From a virus (taxonomy: Duplodnaviria > Caudoviricetes), in the IMG/VR virus record IMGVR_UViG_3300025413_001239: a stretch of DNA of 64,000 nt; one strand, given 5' to 3'. Position 1 is the first letter of the stretch. Each line of letters opens with the position of its first letter. Below are positions 59,282 to 64,000 of this stretch, in pieces. The position numbers and the translations under genes were made by a program. The notes beneath the pieces were generated by a model. It saw nothing but the letters and a program-made list of their open reading frames with translations. It was not told the DNA's origin and searched no databases.

Positions 59282-60871
59282 ATGAAAAAGGTAAAAATAA
59301 CCGAATCACAGTATAATAAATTATTTACTAGTAATTTAGATGAATCAACAGAAGTTAAAGGTGGAATAAACAGAGTTAATAAACAATTTAAAAAAGCTTT
59401 CGCTGGTTCTGGTGTTAAGAATTTATCTGAAGATAACTTTGATATTAAAGCACCTATACCAGGTATTCCAAACTCAAAAATGAAAATGCAGAAAGAACCA
59501 TCAAGTCTTGATGAAAACATTTTAAATCCAGAGGTTCAACAAGCTGTTAGTCATCTTATCCATAACATATGGTTAAACCCATCACAACATGGCTTAAGTC
59601 CATTTTTTAAACAAAATGGTATAACTTGGGGTGATATTATGGATTATTTAACAGCTGTTGGTGTTGTTAGTGGTGTTGCTGGTGGTGGAATTAAATTAAG
59701 AAATTATTTTAATACAAAATTTAATAAAAACCCAAAAATCGCTGAAAAAGAAAAAGAACTTGAGGTTAAAAAAATAGCTGATGATATAGCTAAAGATAAA
59801 AAAGCACCTTGGAATAAAATAAATAATCAGGCTCCTTCTGCTAACACCTATAATCCAAATAGGTTTAAGCCACTTACATCAACATCTAATGATGAAAAAG
59901 CAGCAATGATGCCATACTTAGACCCAGATAATGAGGGTATGCCATTTTTGCCAGATGACCCAAACTATACAAATCGCTCAACCTCTAACGACCCAGAAGA
60001 TTTAAAGCCATACTTAGACCCAGATAATGAGGGTATGCCATTTAAAAATACTGACGAACAATTTAGTCCAGAATCGGAAAATAATCAAATGTTTAAACCA
60101 GTTGGGATGAATAAGGATATTGTGATTTTAAATGGACCAGATGGCTTATATGTATTTGATTACGATAATCTAAAATTAGATGGGTTAAACGCTAATCAAC
60201 TTGCACAATATGTTAATAAAAACTTTAAATCATTATCAAGAGGTAGAGGTTTAAAAGATTTAGATACTGGCATTGATTTAATTAAAATGGATGAAAAGTT
60301 AAGGGAAAAATTAGCTGTTATTTATGGTAAAGATAAACAATTCGTTCACTTATTAAATAGAGTTGAAGAAATGACTGGTGCTGCTAGTTCTGGTGCATTT
60401 ACTGGTCCTTTAGGTGGTTCTGGCAACGGCCCAAAGATTGATAAAAATAATACACCAGCAAATGCTTTAATTTCAGATGAGGAAGAATTTCTTGGTGGTA
60501 AAAAAATCGAAGAAATGACAACAGCCTCTACTGGTAATGCACAATCTAGTGCCTCTGGACAATATGTTCAACCAGCTATTTGGGCTAAAAATGAAAAGAA
60601 TTTTGCTGGTAATAAAAAAACTCAGTACCCTAACGGTGAAATGGTTAAATTTGACCCATGTACTAGACTTAACAATAATAAATCAGCCCAAAATGGTAAG
60701 TGTAGTCAAGGTGCGGTAGATAATGTTGTTAAAACATATAAAACGAAGGATTCTGTAATTTCAAAAGCAAATACAACAGTATATGAAACAATTGCAAAGA
60801 AGACTGGTAAAAGTGTAAAAGAAGTTAAAAGAATTATTGAAACAAAAGTTCTTAAGAACAAACCTTTATAA
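59282..60871 (+). CDS. Putative internal head protein
   Basis: MKKVKITESQYNKLF start and repeated [LIV]xE-[SDNM] sites separating low-complexity segments. Confidence 0.45.
   Translation: MKKVKITESQYNKLFTSNLDESTEVKGGINRVNKQFKKAFAGSGVKNLSEDNFDIKAPIPGIPNSKMKMQKEPSSLDENILNPEVQQAVSHLIHNIWLNPSQHGLSPFFKQNGITWGDIMDYLTAVGVVSGVAGGGIKLRNYFNTKFNKNPKIAEKEKELEVKKIADDIAKDKKAPWNKINNQAPSANTYNPNRFKPLTSTSNDEKAAMMPYLDPDNEGMPFLPDDPNYTNRSTSNDPEDLKPYLDPDNEGMPFKNTDEQFSPESENNQMFKPVGMNKDIVILNGPDGLYVFDYDNLKLDGLNANQLAQYVNKNFKSLSRGRGLKDLDTGIDLIKMDEKLREKLAVIYGKDKQFVHLLNRVEEMTGAASSGAFTGPLGGSGNGPKIDKNNTPANALISDEEEFLGGKKIEEMTTASTGNAQSSASGQYVQPAIWAKNEKNFAGNKKTQYPNGEMVKFDPCTRLNNNKSAQNGKCSQGAVDNVVKTYKTKDSVISKANTTVYETIAKKTGKSVKEVKRIIETKVLKNKPL
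59911..60043 (+). repeat. Exact 37-nt in-frame direct repeat (PYLDPDNEGMPF x2), 96-nt period
   Basis: Copies at 59911-59947 and 60007-60043. Confidence 0.9.
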
Positions 60872-60903
60872 AAAACTTAGATATTTATTATAAAATAACA
60901 AAC

Positions 60904-62493
60904 ATGGATAAAAACATAATCAAGGATTATTTATCAAGTACTTTCTTAAGTGAAGCAAAAAAAGATGCTAAACCAAAAGATAATAATGGTAAATCAACTA
61001 AAGTTGTTAATATTGCTGAACCAACACAAGAAAAAAAAGCTGCTAAAGGAACACAAGGTGTACCTGGTGTTAAGGTTACTGATAAGTACAATAAACAAAG
61101 TGGTAAATCTAATAAAGAAGGTGTTGGTGCTATTGCTAAGGATATGAAAGCTTACGAAGCCCCATTAACTAAGCCAGATGCTAACGCTAGTGAAATGTCA
61201 CCTAACAAATTCAACTATAAAGACGATAAAGAAAAAACATATCATGATGAAGTCGAAATCATGAATGGTATGGAAATGCTTCAATACGATAGAACACCTG
61301 ATGATAACTTTAGAGATAGAGCTATGGAAGCAATTGAAGGTAGTTCAAGAATGGGTAATAACCCAGATTGGGCTAACGTTGTTGTTAAGGGTTGGGGTGG
61401 TGATAAAGAATTTGGTAAGAATCTTGTTAAGAGAATCAAAGCTTCTTCTAAGAAACGTTCAGAACAAACTCCAACTGCTTGGATGCAAGGTAAAAGTAAT
61501 GTTGTTGACGTAAAAGATAATGGTCATAAACCTTATGCACTTGAAAGTTTTAACAAAAAATCAACAATTAAAGAAGACATGAATAACCAATTACAAGCTT
61601 CTGAAATAGTAACAAATAAAAATGAAAATGCTCTACAAGAGTCAAATAAAAATAAAAAACAACCAATGAAAAGACTTAAATTTAAAAAAGAATTTAACGG
61701 CGTAGGAAACGCACTTAAATTAATCCCTGAAAGCTACAAAGTAGATAATAAGGTGTTTGAAATGACTGACGGTAACGAATCTTATAAAGTTCGTTGGGAA
61801 GGTTCATTAACTGAAGGTGCAGCTGTTATATTAACTGCTTCCGATAAAAAAGTTGTTAACGAAGACATTCAAAGAATGAAAGCTTTATTCAATTACAAAT
61901 CTGAAGACACTCTTGGTGTTGTTAAGGGCAAAGCTAGAGTTGATGAAAATGCTAAATTTACCGATGTTTGGAATAAAACAAAAAACCTTCTTAGCGAATC
62001 TTTTAATGATGATGAACTTGAAGGTCCAGAAGAATGGGAAGACGCTGTAAAACACGCCCCAGAAGCTAAAAAACACATGGTACAACCAAGTTCAATGGAA
62101 AATGGTCACCAAGCACCAGCACCAAAAGAAGGTATTTGGGGTAAAGAAAAAATGGCACATTCTCCAGAAGGTAAAAAACACATGGTACAACCAAGTTCAA
62201 TGGAAAATGGTCACCAAGCACCAGCACCAAAACAAGGTCATTGGGATGAAATCAAAATTAAAGGTACAACTGGTGTAAAAAATACTGCATCAAAAGAAAT
62301 TACAAGTCAAGCTAAAAAACAAACAACAGCTGAATTTGGTAGTGCTTTAAAACATGCACCAGAAGCAACTAAAAATATTCAAGGTTCAGCCCCAAAAGAT
62401 AAACAAGCATCTAAACCTAAAACAGGTGATTGGGATACAGCTAAAAAAGGTCAAGCTCCAGAAGCGAGTAAAAACTTAAAAAAAAAAGCATAA
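60904..62493 (+). CDS. Putative internal head protein with C-terminal HAPEA-type repeats
   Basis: FLSEA, TIKED, ALQES, SLTEG, VVNED and LLSES sites. K-rich composition. A TATTTAT motif lies at 60882. Confidence 0.45.
   Translation: MDKNIIKDYLSSTFLSEAKKDAKPKDNNGKSTKVVNIAEPTQEKKAAKGTQGVPGVKVTDKYNKQSGKSNKEGVGAIAKDMKAYEAPLTKPDANASEMSPNKFNYKDDKEKTYHDEVEIMNGMEMLQYDRTPDDNFRDRAMEAIEGSSRMGNNPDWANVVVKGWGGDKEFGKNLVKRIKASSKKRSEQTPTAWMQGKSNVVDVKDNGHKPYALESFNKKSTIKEDMNNQLQASEIVTNKNENALQESNKNKKQPMKRLKFKKEFNGVGNALKLIPESYKVDNKVFEMTDGNESYKVRWEGSLTEGAAVILTASDKKVVNEDIQRMKALFNYKSEDTLGVVKGKARVDENAKFTDVWNKTKNLLSESFNDDELEGPEEWEDAVKHAPEAKKHMVQPSSMENGHQAPAPKEGIWGKEKMAHSPEGKKHMVQPSSMENGHQAPAPKQGHWDEIKIKGTTGVKNTASKEITSQAKKQTTAEFGSALKHAPEATKNIQGSAPKDKQASKPKTGDWDTAKKGQAPEASKNLKKKA
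62067..62232 (+). repeat. Exact 61-nt in-frame direct repeat (KKHMVQPSSMENGHQAPAPK x2), 105-nt period
   Basis: Copies at 62067-62127 and 62172-62232. Confidence 0.9.
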
Positions 62494-62504
62494 GTGAAAA
62501 CCAA

Positions 62505-62786
62505 ATGGATGAAGCTTATAGACACAAAGTAAATAAAAAATATAAATACTTTGCGGTTAGAAAAGCTGATAATAAAATCTTAACAGGGTTTGAATTGATT
62601 AGTGATGTTGAAAGCCTTAAGTACTATGCTAAATTAGATATAATCGACTTAGAACAAAATCCAAAAGATTACAAACTACTATCAAAAGAATTCTTATTAA
62701 GAAATGGTATTGACCCATTTAATTGGGATAATTGGATTAAAACAGATGTTCCAAATAATGATGAAAATCCAGAAGTAACAAGTTAA
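62505..62786 (+). CDS. Hypothetical protein
   Basis: 93-aa ORF followed by a terminator. Confidence 0.55.
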   Translation: MDEAYRHKVNKKYKYFAVRKADNKILTGFELISDVESLKYYAKLDIIDLEQNPKDYKLLSKEFLLRNGIDPFNWDNWIKTDVPNNDENPEVTS

Positions 62787-62799
62787 AATATTTAAAATA

Positions 62800-62826
62800 A
62801 AAGCCCCAGAATTTCTGGGGTTTTTT
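62800..62826 (+). terminator. Intrinsic terminator
   Basis: GCCCCAGAA-t-TTCTGGGGT followed by TTTTT. Confidence 0.85.
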
Positions 62827-62893
62827 ATTTATTGTTGATATTTATTAAATGTATAGATATTGATTCTTTTTATGTCTGTAGTATACTAGTGTT

Positions 62894-63364
62894 ATGATAA
62901 ATAAAAATAAAACTTTAGAGCTCTTGAACTACATTAACAAACCGATGAGTAGAGAAAACATCGCAATACTATATACTAATAACAATATTAAGTATGAGAA
63001 ATGCGAGTTATTTAACGATTTTATACAATCGTTAATGATGCTTATTTTTGACACTTATATGGGTGATGACATAACTAACCCAACGGAACAAAAAAACCAT
63101 TTTAAATGGTGTTGGAATAAAAATGTGGATAACTTTAAAAAAGAAGGATTAATTATAGGTGATTACAAATCCTATAGTTATTTTATGGAATTTATGTGTG
63201 ATGTTTATTATCCAATAACCAAAAAAGAAAATCCACAATCAACTAAAAATTTACTAAAATTATGGGCCTTTATATTTGATTATAATAACCTTAAGAGTAA
63301 ATCAGATATTGATACACTAATCGAGGTTTATAAAATGTTAGATAATTCAATAACATTAAATTAA
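62894..63364 (+). CDS. Hypothetical protein
   Basis: 156-aa ORF. A relaxed TTG-N19-TATACT motif lies upstream (62860-62887). Confidence 0.55.
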   Translation: MINKNKTLELLNYINKPMSRENIAILYTNNNIKYEKCELFNDFIQSLMMLIFDTYMGDDITNPTEQKNHFKWCWNKNVDNFKKEGLIIGDYKSYSYFMEFMCDVYYPITKKENPQSTKNLLKLWAFIFDYNNLKSKSDIDTLIEVYKMLDNSITLN

Positions 63365-63411
63365 CCTATATAAACACTTGATTTTTTAAAATGTTTTAAT
63401 AAATTGTATTC

Positions 63412-63645
63412 ATGGATGCAAATAGAATTATTCAAATCGTGATAACAGAATTATCACTAGAAAACCTAAAACTTCAAGAATCTCTTGAAGTTGCAATAAA
63501 TAATGCTGAAACTATTGATGACAAAGTTAAAACTGTCAAAGAAATACTAGAAAAGATAGTAATTAATGAATCATCGTTAGTTAAGTTTCAAGCATTAGTT
63601 TCAAATAAAAATGATTTAAACCAAAAAGAAGATGGAAAAATTTAA
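63412..63645 (+). CDS. Small coiled-coil hypothetical protein
   Basis: 77-aa ORF overlapping the next gene. Confidence 0.55.
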   Translation: MDANRIIQIVITELSLENLKLQESLEVAINNAETIDDKVKTVKEILEKIVINESSLVKFQALVSNKNDLNQKEDGKI

Positions 63646-63817
63646 AGAATTAGAAGCAGCGGTTGCTTCAATGAAAGATGACGTAACTAAGTTTTACGAA
63701 AAGAATAACAGTTCAGCTGGTGTTAGAGTTAGAAAAACTCTTCAACTAGTTAAAGAACTTTCACAAGAAATAAGAAAGGAAATTTCTGAACAAAAAAGAG
63801 AAACAAAAACTGTATAG
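63632..63817 (+). CDS. Histone H1-like (Hc1 family) small DNA-binding protein
   Basis: KFYEKNNSSAGVRVRKTLQLVKELSQEIRKEI matches the short Bacteroidota Hc1 pattern KFY..GN.AAG.R.RK....LK..AQ.IR.E. Confidence 0.75.
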   Translation: MEKFKELEAAVASMKDDVTKFYEKNNSSAGVRVRKTLQLVKELSQEIRKEISEQKRETKTV

Positions 63818-63819
63818 TA

Positions 63820-64000
63820 ATGTTAATTAATGTTTTTGATAGAATACTAATAATTTTGTTTTTTATGGCATTTTTTAATTCTGTAAGACACACATATTAT
63901 TTTATTCAAGCTTGGGTGACCTCAACAAATGAGGAACCCGTTAAATATAAAATATCCGATAAATCATTGTTTTTGTTAGGTGTATCAATTGCTTATATAC
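63820..64000 (+). CDS. Membrane protein, 3'-truncated by the window
   Basis: ATG at 63820, frame open to the window end (MLINVFDRILIILFFMAFFNSVRH...LFLLGVSIAYI). Confidence 0.55.
   Translation, partial: MLINVFDRILIILFFMAFFNSVRHTYYFIQAWVTSTNEEPVKYKISDKSLFLLGVSIAYI

Noticed and set aside
2583-62085. Minus-strand and short alternative-frame ORFs in the track (for example 2583-2909, 7042-7353, 13686-14024, 36615-37109, 53289-53735, 53886-54377, 59152-59520)
   Set aside because: They lie wholly or almost wholly within longer, motif-bearing + strand genes, lack promoters or recognisable motifs, and look like shadow frames.
59911-62232. CRISPR array from the 37-nt and 61-nt direct repeats
   Set aside because: Each has only two copies, both are in-frame inside ORFs, and no cas genes are present.
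1-64000. Stop-codon reassignment as in Lak or some crAss-like phages
   Set aside because: TAG ends gp32, the helicase and Hc1, TGA ends the sigma gene, and conserved genes are full-length under the standard code.
1-64000. tRNA or rRNA genes
   Set aside because: No cloverleaf or rRNA-like sequence was seen, and the intergenic gaps are short and AT-rich.

Overview
A 64-kb segment of a large, AT-rich, T4-like (contractile-tail) jumbo phage genome. Every credible gene is on the + strand and uses the standard genetic code. The host is very probably a Bacteroidota bacterium. Evidence for this: seven TAnnTTTG promoter boxes (six with TTG 19-20 nt upstream), no Shine-Dalgarno signals, a Bacteroidota-type RpoD, SprB-like repeats and an Hc1-like protein. 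Gene order: end of a probable tape-measure gene; an ORF-less promoter/AT-rich/hairpin cassette; tube-initiator, LysM-wedge and hub/lysin genes; a replication block (gp32 SSB, UvsX/RecA, 5'-3' exonuclease, DnaB-like helicase, nrdB, intein-containing nrdA); a 23-kb baseplate/tail-fibre block; ruvC plus a GIY-YIG homing endonuclease; primase, exonuclease, SbcD/SbcC and sigma-70; a membrane/lysis-like block; and probable internal head proteins. Most notable observations: (1) a free-standing homing endonuclease cassette that appears to have inserted at the RuvC catalytic DxxD motif and supplied a replacement 3' end, leaving the other 3' end stranded downstream; (2) a candidate R-loop origin or sRNA at 867-1020; (3) an SbcD whose C-terminal part appears fused to SbcC; (4) host-adhesin-like (SprB) and OmpA-like domains in tail proteins; (5) a probably catalytically dead amidase. 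All family assignments come from motif recognition by eye, with no database searches.
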